Made by a program: the position numbers and the translations under genes. A stretch of DNA of 64,000 nt, from positions 352,001 to 416,000 of the forward strand of contig OZ252251.1 in assembly GCA_965249725.1 (NCBI GenBank), read 5' to 3'. The notes beneath the pieces are model-generated. The model did no database searches and was not told the DNA's origin. It saw nothing but the letters and a program-made list of their open reading frames with translations. This DNA comes from Longimicrobiales bacterium (GTDB lineage Bacteria; Gemmatimonadota; Gemmatimonadetes; Longimicrobiales; Gaopeijiaceae). Shown here piece by piece: positions 35,870 to 43,906 of this stretch (the first letter of the stretch is position 1; each line of letters begins with the position of its first letter).

Positions 35870-38698
35870 CTACCCCGTCTTGAGCGACTCGCGGATCACC
35901 CGAGCTTGTTCGACCACGTGGCCGATGTTCTTCCCTTCCGCGGGGCTGGCGCGTTCGGGACGCGCTACGTGGCTCAGCTTGAGTTCCCGAGGCACCACGG
36001 CTCGAAGGCGCGGGCCCACGTATGAAAGGGCTCCCATGTTCCTCGGCTCTTCCTGAACCCAGACAACCTCGCGCACGGCAGGGTAGCCGGCGAGCAGTTC
36101 CTCGATCTCGGATGCCGGGAACGGATAGAGTTCCTCGAGTCGCACGACCGCGACCCCGGATTCGTCTTGTCGCAGTTCACTGCCTGCCAGGTCGTAGTAC
36201 AGCTTTCCGGAGCAGAGCAGCAGGCGGGTGACCGAGTCGGCTTCGGTCACCACGGGATCGTCGAGTACGGGCTTGAAGCCCCCTTCCACGAGATCGGCGA
36301 CGGCTGATGTGGCTCGAGGGTGCCGGAGAAGGCTCTTCGGCGTCATGACCACGAGGGGGCGCTCCGGGCGGACATGTGCCTGCCTTCGGAGCAGGTGGTA
36401 GTACTGCGCGGGCGTGGTGGGTGACACCACCCGCATGTTGTCCTCGGCGCACAGTTGGAGGAAGCGTTCCAGCCGGGCGCTCGAGTGTTCGGGCCCCTGG
36501 CCCTCGTAGCCGTGAGGGAGGAGCATCGCGAGCGTGGCGACCTGCCCCCACTTCTCCCAACCCGAAGACACGAACTGGTCGATGGAGACCTGGGCCGCGT
36601 TGGCGAAATCGCCGAACTGGGCTTCCCACAGGACCAGGTCCTTCTCCGAGGCCACGCTGAAGCCGTACTCGAAGCCCAGGACGGCCATCTCGGAAAGAGG
36701 GGAGTTGTGCACCGTGAAGCGCGCTTCTCCGTACTTGGCGAGCGGCGTGAACTGCTGGCCCGTCTCGGCGTCGTGGAGCACCAAGTGTCGATGGCTGAAC
36801 GTCCCGCGCTGCGAGTCCTGCCCGGTCAGCCGCACCGGAACGCCCTCCCAGAGGAGTGAGCCGAACGCGAGAGCTTCCGCGTGACCCCAATCCAGAGAGA
36901 AGGCGGGACCGAACCCGTCGTCACGTCTCGAGAGTTGCCGCTCCAGCTTGGGATGGACCGTGAAGTCCTCCGGCGTGGCTACTGCTGCTGCGTTCACCTC
37001 CAAGAGAACGTCGAGCGGAATGGAGGGAATGGAGCCGCGCGGCGGCCCCAGGTTCGAGTCCTCCATAGCGTCGGCGGCCGAGTGCTCTTCGCTCTGCACC
37101 TCGTCCTGAGCGTCGCGAAGGTAGCCGGAGACTCGGGCGGTGATCACATCCACGTCGTCAGCGCTCAGCACGCCCGCACCGACGAGGGCGTCCGCGTAGA
37201 CCGCCCGAACCGTCGGATGCTCCTTGATCCTCTTGGACTCGAGCGGTTGGGTATAGCCCGCTTCGTCACCCTCGTTGTGGCCGTAGCGACGGTAGCCCAC
37301 CAGGTCGATGACCACGTCATCGTGGTACTCGGCCCGATATGCCATAGCGAGCCGAACGGCGGTCATGCACGCCTCGGCGTCATCGGCGTTCACGTGGATG
37401 ATCGGGAAGCTGAAGCCCTTGGCCAGATCGCTGGCGTAGCGCGTGGAGCGATCGTCGATCGGAAGCGTCGTGAAGCCGATCTGGTTGTTGGCGATGAGGT
37501 GTACCGTCCCGCCCGTCGTGTAGCCGGGCAGCCTTCCGAGGTTGAGCGTCTCGGCCACGACGCCCTCACCCGCGAACGCGGCGTCACCGTGGATCAGAAT
37601 AGGCACGACGGCCGCCGTATTTCGCTCGGTTCCCTGGTCATCGCCTTCATGCTGAAGCGCCCGCGCCATTCCTTGTACGACAGGGTTCACGAACTCGAGG
37701 TGACTCGGATTCGGCGCCAGCGTGATGTGGATGACCGATCCGTCCGGCAGGCTGCGTTCACCCTCGGCCCCGTGGTGGTACTTCACGTCACCGGTACCCT
37801 CCACGGAGAAGGCACCCTTCGCTTCAATGCCCTCGAACTCGCGGATGATCTCCTCGTATCCGACTCCCACGAAGTGAGCAAGAACGTTCAAGCGGCCCCG
37901 ATGAGCCATGCCCAACACGACCTGCTGGGCCCCGGCTCGGGCGGCCTCTTCGAGGGCGAGGTCCATCATGGGGACCATCATGTCGGTCCCTTCGATGGAA
38001 AAGCGCTTCTGGCCCAGGTAGGCCTTGTGAACGAACTGCTCAAGCCCCTCGACCTCAGCCAGTCGCTGTAGGAGCCTGACCTGGTCGCCGGCCGCCATGG
38101 GCTGTGCGTGCACCCCGGACTCCACCTGGTCCCAGAGCCAACGTACCGCCGAGGGGTCCTCGAGGTGCTCGAACTCATAGCCGATGGTCCCGCAGTAGGC
38201 CTTCCCTAGCCTCTCCAGCGCCGACGCCAGGGACTCCTCTCCCACTCCCTCCATGACCAGAGAGGCGGGCAACTCCTCGAGCTCCTCCATGCTGGTGCCG
38301 AAGAACGACGGATCCAGCTGAGGATGTCCGGGCGGTGCCGATCCCAGCGGATCGATCTGGGAGAGGTGGTGGCCATGGTCGCGGTAGGCCTGCACGAAGG
38401 ATGTCGCGCGCGCCACCACCGGAAGGAGCCGGCGCATGGCATCGGCTTCACCCTGCACGGCGTGCAGTTCCTCGGTCCGGAACTCGGTGACCTTCGCTGC
38501 AGGAGCGTCGACTGAGCCGCCCCCGTTCGCCGCCAAGCTCTCGGGTACCATGAGGCCTGCTTCACGAGCCGCCGCCGGCCCCAACGAGAAGAATCGTCGC
38601 CACTCTTCGGGGACCCCTGATGGGTTCCGGGCGAACTCTTCATAGAGCGCCTGAGCGTACGCGGCGTTCTGGCTGTCGAAGGGCTTCTCTTCCATCAC
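35870..38698 (-). CDS. sucA: 2-oxoglutarate dehydrogenase E1
   Basis: YLGQKRFSIEG, GMAHRGRLN, GDVKYH, NPSHLE, HGDAAFAGEG, WEAQFGDF, GPEHSSARLERFLQ. Confidence 0.96.
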   Translation of the reverse strand: MMEEKPFDSQNAAYAQALYEEFARNPSGVPEEWRRFFSLGPAAAREAGLMVPESLAANGGGSVDAPAAKVTEFRTEELHAVQGEADAMRRLLPVVARATSFVQAYRDHGHHLSQIDPLGSAPPGHPQLDPSFFGTSMEELEELPASLVMEGVGEESLASALERLGKAYCGTIGYEFEHLEDPSAVRWLWDQVESGVHAQPMAAGDQVRLLQRLAEVEGLEQFVHKAYLGQKRFSIEGTDMMVPMMDLALEEAARAGAQQVVLGMAHRGRLNVLAHFVGVGYEEIIREFEGIEAKGAFSVEGTGDVKYHHGAEGERSLPDGSVIHITLAPNPSHLEFVNPVVQGMARALQHEGDDQGTERNTAAVVPILIHGDAAFAGEGVVAETLNLGRLPGYTTGGTVHLIANNQIGFTTLPIDDRSTRYASDLAKGFSFPIIHVNADDAEACMTAVRLAMAYRAEYHDDVVIDLVGYRRYGHNEGDEAGYTQPLESKRIKEHPTVRAVYADALVGAGVLSADDVDVITARVSGYLRDAQDEVQSEEHSAADAMEDSNLGPPRGSIPSIPLDVLLEVNAAAVATPEDFTVHPKLERQLSRRDDGFGPAFSLDWGHAEALAFGSLLWEGVPVRLTGQDSQRGTFSHRHLVLHDAETGQQFTPLAKYGEARFTVHNSPLSEMAVLGFEYGFSVASEKDLVLWEAQFGDFANAAQVSIDQFVSSGWEKWGQVATLAMLLPHGYEGQGPEHSSARLERFLQLCAEDNMRVVSPTTPAQYYHLLRRQAHVRPERPLVVMTPKSLLRHPRATSAVADLVEGGFKPVLDDPVVTEADSVTRLLLCSGKLYYDLAGSELRQDESGVAVVRLEELYPFPASEIEELLAGYPAVREVVWVQEEPRNMGALSYVGPRLRAVVPRELKLSHVARPERASPAEGKNIGHVVEQARVIRESLKTG

Positions 38699-38817
38699 TC
38701 ACGACTTCGGGCGGGCCGAAAAAGCGGTCCTAGCGGACCTCGAAAATGGAACTCCTAACCTAGTGGAATTTCCCTCCCCGGCGAGCCCTGTCACCGCGTG
38801 GTGAAACGCTCGGGCTC

Positions 38818-39591
38818 TTGTTAATCGACTCGGGGATCTTGAGTATCCCTGACATGTTCGCTGACTCTACCGTCCCGTTTCATCCATTGAATGAGTGGGT
38901 GGATCGCTTCCCCTGGGTGATTGCCGGTATCACCAATGCCGGTGACGCGGACGAGCCCTTCGATCTTCGCCTCTTCGGCGACGCGCCTCCACCCTCCGCG
39001 CCCGACCGCTGGAAGGCCCTTCTCGAGGCATCGGGCTTCTGGACTGTGGCCAACACTCAGCAGGTGCATGGAGCCCACGTGGCGGTACACTACGACCTTC
39101 CCCGGGGCGTGCACGTCCAGAGTGGACCTGCGGACGGGCATGTCACGTCTAGGCCGGGTGTGCTCCTGGCGGTCACGATAGCCGATTGTGTGCCCGTCTA
39201 CCTCGTCGACCCGGAGGCGCGCGTGGTCGCTCTCCTGCACGCCGGTTGGAGGGGCATAGCCGCCGGCATCATGGTGGAGGGGGTGGGCGCACTCCGGAGT
39301 CGGTTCGGCTCCCAGCCTGCCGACCTACACATGCATCTCGGACCGGCCATCTGTGGCGCGTGCTACGAGGTCGGTCCCGAAGTCTTCGTCGCCCTCGGGT
39401 TGCCGGCACCAGCGGGCCCGACCCCCGTGGACGTGCGGGCCGCTCTGGTTTCGCGGGCCCGGGCGGCCGGTGTGGCAGAAGGCCAGATCACGGTCTCGCA
39501 AGAGTGCACGCTGTGTGGAACGGCCGGCCTCTTCTCCCACAGAGGAGGCCGATCCGAACGCCAGGCAGCGTTGCTGGGGATTCGGCCGTGA
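38818..39591 (+). CDS. pgeF: YfiH/PgeF (LACC1-like) purine nucleoside phosphorylase / peptidoglycan editing factor
   Basis: QVHG, ADGHVT, ADCVPV, HAGWRG, GPAICGACYEVG, FSHR. Confidence 0.9.
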   Translation: MLIDSGILSIPDMFADSTVPFHPLNEWVDRFPWVIAGITNAGDADEPFDLRLFGDAPPPSAPDRWKALLEASGFWTVANTQQVHGAHVAVHYDLPRGVHVQSGPADGHVTSRPGVLLAVTIADCVPVYLVDPEARVVALLHAGWRGIAAGIMVEGVGALRSRFGSQPADLHMHLGPAICGACYEVGPEVFVALGLPAPAGPTPVDVRAALVSRARAAGVAEGQITVSQECTLCGTAGLFSHRGGRSERQAALLGIRP

Positions 39592-39782
39592 ATCCCGGAG
39601 TGGGCCTCTGTGAGAAGTGTGCCTTCGTTCGGGTGGTCGAGAACAATCGAGGGTCTATCTTCCATCTCTGCGAGCGATCAAGCGAGGACTCGAGCTATCG
39701 AAAGTATCCGCAGCTGCCCGTGCTGACCTGTCCGGGCTTCGAGGTTGCGAGAACAGAACCAGACGGGGAGGTGGCTGAATGA
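39588..39782 (+). CDS. Small 4-Cys protein (64 aa), putative metal-binding
   Basis: MNPGVGLCEKCAF...FHLCERS...KYPQLPVLTCPGF; GTGA overlap upstream and ATGA overlap downstream. Confidence 0.75.
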   Translation: MNPGVGLCEKCAFVRVVENNRGSIFHLCERSSEDSSYRKYPQLPVLTCPGFEVARTEPDGEVAE

Positions 39783-40243
39783 GCGATCCGTTCTACATCG
39801 CGCGGGCCGACGTGGGAAGGCTGTCGGGCATCCATCGGCGTGCTCTCCTGGAGGATGGCACCCAGGTCGACTTCGGCGTTCATGGTCCGGTGAAGTCCCA
39901 CTACGGGCTGGACTCGGAGCCGAACCTGCCTCTACCCGTAGACTACATCGTGGCCGCCGCCGCTGGCTGACTACTCGGGACTCTAATAGGCGCACTGGAG
40001 GTGCGCGGGGTCAGGCTACCGAGCGACCACATCCGTTCGAGCGCCGAGGGGATCAACGAGATGCGGAATAGGATGCCACTCCTCACTGAGATCCACGTTC
40101 AGTACACCATCCAGATCCCGGAAGGCGACAGGGAGACCGTGGACAAGGCGTTGGCAAGGCACGTGGACAAGTGTCCCACGGCCCAGAGCCTGAAGGACTC
40201 GGTCGAGATCAGCTGGACGGCCGAGATCGAGGAGAGCGCATAA
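39779..40243 (+). CDS. OsmC/Ohr-family protein, probable selenoprotein (UGA at 39968-39970 read as Sec64), 154 aa
   Basis: Two in-frame ORFs join across TGA: PVDYIVAAAAG-U-LLGTLIGALEVRG...HVDKCPTAQSLK. The TGA is at the first catalytic Cys of the OsmC fold. Confidence 0.85.
39974..40023 (+). promoter_or_regulatory. Candidate bacterial SECIS element
   Basis: Upper stem GCGCAC (39990-95)/GTGCGC (40001-06) with loop TGGAG; lower stems GACTCT/GGGGTC and CTCGG/CCGAG; apical loop begins 25 nt after the UGA. Confidence 0.7.
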
Positions 40244-40334
40244 CGTCCGGAACCCGATGCTCGCCGGCCGGGTTTGAGGTACACTGGGGCTGCGAGTTCA
40301 ATTCTCATCGAGATTTCAACACCTGGGCGAGCTG

Positions 40335-41954
40335 ATGCCGGAAATTCTGGCCTACATCACGTTGGTTGTCACGGCAGGGGTGCTCGCCCTGCTTGTGCCT
40401 TTTGCGCTGCACCGGACCTACCTGCTTTGGCTCTCCCGACGGAAGCGATCTGCCATTCGGGATCCCTGGCCCGAGTCCGAGCTCCCGCGAGTCACGATCC
40501 AGTTGCCGGTCTACAACGAGCTTCATGTCATTCGACGTCTCGTGGATGCAGCGTGCGCTCAGGATTATCCCCGTCATCTTTTCGATGTGCAGATCCTGGA
40601 CGACTCGACCGACGAAACGGCAGACGTCGCGGGGACTGTGGCCGACGAGTGGCGGGCCCGGGGGGTTGGGGTGGACCATGTGCGCCGCGCCACTCGGGGC
40701 GGGTACAAGGCCGGCGCCTTGGCTCGTGGGACGCACCGATCACAGGCCGACTTCCTGCTCGTCCTGGATGCCGACTTCGTTGCGCCCCCTGATCTGATCC
40801 GGAGCCTGCTACCCCCGTTTCGCGACCACGCGGTCGGCATGGTGCAGGCCCGCTGGGACCATTTGAACGCGGACGAGAGCTGGCTTACTAGGGGTCAGAG
40901 TCTATTCCTCGACGGGCACTTCTTCTTCGAGCAGGGCGGCCGGTACAAGAGCAGACGTTTCTTCAACTTCAACGGCACGGCGGGCATGTGGCGGCGTACC
41001 TGCATTCTCGACTCGGGGGGCTGGCTGGCCGATACGCTGACCGAAGATCTCGATCTCAGCTATCGCGCACAGATGAAGGGGTGGGACTTCGTCTTTCTGG
41101 AGGATGTCGGTGTGCCTGCGGAAATCCCGTCGACGGTGGGGGCGCTCGAGGTCCAGCAGAGGCGCTGGGCTCAGGGAGGGATCCAGACCGCGAAAAAGGT
41201 CCTACCGGAGCTGCTACGAGGACCGTGGCCCCTGGGCGTGAAGGTGGAGGCGACGGTGCACCTGTGTGGCCACCTCGCTCATCCACTGACGCTCATGCTG
41301 GGTTTGCTGCTTCTGCCCTCGCAGATCGCTCGGCGCACACTCGGCGTCGAACACTATTTGCTCCCGGATCTATTGGTCTTCACGGCGGCCACGCTGCCGT
41401 TCCTCGTGTTCTACGCCCAGGCAGCCCACCGGAGGGGTCGAGATCGAGGCTGGAGCCTCCGCGCCGTCCCCCAGGCATTGGCGCTCGGCATCGGATTGAC
41501 CGTGGCGGTGACGGGGTCCGTGATCCGAGGGGTCGTTCACCGGGGTGACGATGCTTTCGTCCGAACCCCGAAGAAGGGAGAAGCCACCCTCACGTCGTAT
41601 CGGACGCCCGTGGCCATGCGTGACCTCGTCCTGAAGTTGGCCGTTGGTGCGGTGATGGTCGGATACCTGTTGGGCGCCCTCGTATCAGGCTTCTACGGGT
41701 CCCTACCGTTCATCGTGCTCTTCGGGGCAGGCTACCTGGGTCTGGGGCTGCGTGGACTGGGCGACCTAGGCCTCGAGCGTCCGTCCTGGGAGCTTGAACG
41801 CGTCATAGGCGAGCAACCCGAACACCGGCACCCAGAGCAACACGCGGGCCCACACGGGCTGAGGCCAGACTCCCTGGGTGTGATACGTCTCGAGGCCCCA
41901 GTAGCCGAGGAATGCCAGCCCGCTCAGGAGGATCCAGCCTCGGCTCCGGCGTAG
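40335..41954 (+). CDS. GT2 processive glycosyltransferase (cellulose synthase-like / CslA-type)
   Basis: QLPVYNE, LDDSTD, GYKAGAL, DADF, FNGTAG, TEDLDLS, QQRRW, FVRTPK. Confidence 0.92.
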   Translation: MPEILAYITLVVTAGVLALLVPFALHRTYLLWLSRRKRSAIRDPWPESELPRVTIQLPVYNELHVIRRLVDAACAQDYPRHLFDVQILDDSTDETADVAGTVADEWRARGVGVDHVRRATRGGYKAGALARGTHRSQADFLLVLDADFVAPPDLIRSLLPPFRDHAVGMVQARWDHLNADESWLTRGQSLFLDGHFFFEQGGRYKSRRFFNFNGTAGMWRRTCILDSGGWLADTLTEDLDLSYRAQMKGWDFVFLEDVGVPAEIPSTVGALEVQQRRWAQGGIQTAKKVLPELLRGPWPLGVKVEATVHLCGHLAHPLTLMLGLLLLPSQIARRTLGVEHYLLPDLLVFTAATLPFLVFYAQAAHRRGRDRGWSLRAVPQALALGIGLTVAVTGSVIRGVVHRGDDAFVRTPKKGEATLTSYRTPVAMRDLVLKLAVGAVMVGYLLGALVSGFYGSLPFIVLFGAGYLGLGLRGLGDLGLERPSWELERVIGEQPEHRHPEQHAGPHGLRPDSLGVIRLEAPVAEECQPAQEDPASAPA

Positions 41955-43079
41955 GGCCGCGAAAGGCAGCGCCCAGAGCACGTACCAGGGATGGATCGTG
42001 TGAGAGAGCAGCAGGCCGGTCCCCAGAATCCAGAAGAGTGCCTTCTCGGCGTCGTATGACTTCCAGGTGGTCCAGCCGATGACCGCCAGGACGATCAGCC
42101 CCGCCGCCACTCGCGGCGCACGAGGGCCCGGGATGATCCACTCGACGACCGCGAACGCGCCTTCCTGGAATCGCCAGTGCTCCGCAAAGGTAGACAGGCC
42201 ACCCCACAGCATCGTCCCAGCCGACGCATACGGCAGGTAGAAAACCACGATGGCGACACCGAAGGCCAACACTGCCCTCCATCCATACCGCCTCCACAGT
42301 GGAGGCAGTGCGGCCGCCGGGGCGAACTTGGCCAGGGTCGCGAGGCCCAGCGCGAGGCCCATGCGTATGGGATGGGTACCCAGATAGAGGAGAAGCGCGA
42401 TGAACACGAGCCCCAGCGTCTCAAGGTGACCGTTCCAGGCTGTCTCGATGAGAAGTAGCGGTGACCACAGGTAGAGAATCAACACTCCGCGCGGGTCACG
42501 GCCGGATCGGCTCGCAACCTTGCCGAGGAGCCAGCCCGTCACGAGATCCAGACCCACCCACACGATCTTGAGCCCCAGGATGGTTCCGCCGAGCAGCGCG
42601 TTGAGCAGGAAGACGATCTGGGCCAGGGGCGGGTAGATCGTGGACACCGAGGGGTTGTTGATCGATCCGTGCCAGGGCGTCCGAAGCGCTTCGAGTGCCG
42701 GGTCACCCGGCGCGTGCAGGTAGGGGTTCACTCCCTGCAGCTGGACATGTCCGTCCCAGAGGTATCGGTAGAAGTCGTCGGTGAGTTCCGGGGCGACGGG
42801 TAGCAGGGCCAGGCGCATGGCTACGGCCCATCCCCAGATGATGACGAGGTGCGTGCGGTGGGAGCCAGGCGCATTCTCGGCCTGTCGTCCGGCCGCAGAA
42901 GCCGCGAACGCGTAAACCAAGAACGCGCCCGCGACGAGTCCGAGCCCGGGGGACGGAAACCCGCGACCGGGCCACCACGCGGCAGTCGCGAGCAAGACCA
43001 ACTCGACGGCGCCCATCGCCGCGAGGAAACGGCCCCCACCCGTGAGGGGTTCCTCTTCCGCAGGCGTTAGCTTCACCAT
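41766..43079 (-). CDS. GT-C membrane glycosyltransferase (GT87/DUF2029-like)
   Basis: TDDFYRYLWDG, GVNPY, TIYPPLAQ, WNGHLE, LAKFAP, IHPWY. Confidence 0.85.
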   Translation of the reverse strand: MVKLTPAEEEPLTGGGRFLAAMGAVELVLLATAAWWPGRGFPSPGLGLVAGAFLVYAFAASAAGRQAENAPGSHRTHLVIIWGWAVAMRLALLPVAPELTDDFYRYLWDGHVQLQGVNPYLHAPGDPALEALRTPWHGSINNPSVSTIYPPLAQIVFLLNALLGGTILGLKIVWVGLDLVTGWLLGKVASRSGRDPRGVLILYLWSPLLLIETAWNGHLETLGLVFIALLLYLGTHPIRMGLALGLATLAKFAPAAALPPLWRRYGWRAVLAFGVAIVVFYLPYASAGTMLWGGLSTFAEHWRFQEGAFAVVEWIIPGPRAPRVAAGLIVLAVIGWTTWKSYDAEKALFWILGTGLLLSHTIHPWYVLWALPFAALRRSRGWILLSGLAFLGYWGLETYHTQGVWPQPVWARVLLWVPVFGLLAYDAFKLPGRTLEA

Positions 43080-43173
43080 CGGCGCCTCACCATCGGCGCC
43101 TCACCATCGACGCCTCACCATCGACGCTTCCTTCACCACCGACGCCTCACCATCGACGCTTCCTTCACCACCG
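43073..43173. repeat. Imperfect tandem array of 14/18-bp units with core TCACCAYCGRCGC (6 full units plus a partial one)
   Basis: Units start at 43073, 43087, 43101, 43115 (18 bp), 43133, 43147 (18 bp) and 43165. Confidence 0.92.
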
Positions 43174-43186
43174 TTCCCTGTCTGCC

Positions 43187-43906
43187 GTGACCAAGTCCGT
43201 AGCCGTGCTGATTCCCGCCCTCGACGAGGAGGAGACCCTTCCGGGTCTTCTCGCCAATCTGCGGAGTCGATCTCTGGGTCCGGTCGTGGTGGTCGACAAC
43301 GGCTCCCGGGACCGCACTCCCGACGTCGCCGTCGAAGGAGGGGCATACCTGGTCACGGAGACCGAGCGGGGTTACGGGGCCGCGTGTCTGGCGGGGATCG
43401 AGTTCTTGCGGTCCATGCCCAGCCCGCCCGCCGTTCTGGTCTTCCTCGACGCGGATCACGACGAGGGTCCGGAGCAGATCGAGATGCTTACGCGCCCCAT
43501 CCTCGACGGCGAGGCCGATCTCACGCTCGGAGTCAGGCAGCGCGGGATCGGCAAGGTCGGCACTCTCTTTCCACATGCACGTCTCGGAAACCGCCTGATC
43601 ACTTCGATGATCCGCCTCCTCTATGGCCGGAGCTTCCGCGACCTGCCCCCATTCAGGGCCGTCGACTTCCGCAAGCTGATCGAGTTGGAAATGGACGATC
43701 GCAACTGGGGTTGGACGCTCCAGATGCAAATCCGGGCGGTTCGACATGCGTTCCGCATCCTCGAGATCGAGGTCGCCCATGGCGCTCGTTCCGCAGGGGA
43801 ATCCAAGATCTCAGGATCGGTCATGGGCACGGTGCGCGCCGGGAGCAAGATGCTCCTCACTATGGTGACGGAGCGTTTGAGGCGTCACCACCGCCGTCGC
43901 CGCTAA
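43187..43906 (+). CDS. GT2 glycosyltransferase (DPM1 / polyprenol-phosphate sugar synthase-like)
   Basis: LIPALDEE, VVDNGSRDRT, RGYGAAC, FLDADH, DLPPFRA, GESKISG. Confidence 0.9.
   Translation: MTKSVAVLIPALDEEETLPGLLANLRSRSLGPVVVVDNGSRDRTPDVAVEGGAYLVTETERGYGAACLAGIEFLRSMPSPPAVLVFLDADHDEGPEQIEMLTRPILDGEADLTLGVRQRGIGKVGTLFPHARLGNRLITSMIRLLYGRSFRDLPPFRAVDFRKLIELEMDDRNWGWTLQMQIRAVRHAFRILEIEVAHGARSAGESKISGSVMGTVRAGSKMLLTMVTERLRRHHRRRR

Noticed and set aside
39779..40243. Two separate small genes or a nonsense pseudogene
   Set aside because: The stop is TGA, falls exactly on the conserved Cys and is followed by a SECIS-like hairpin, so Sec read-through is more parsimonious
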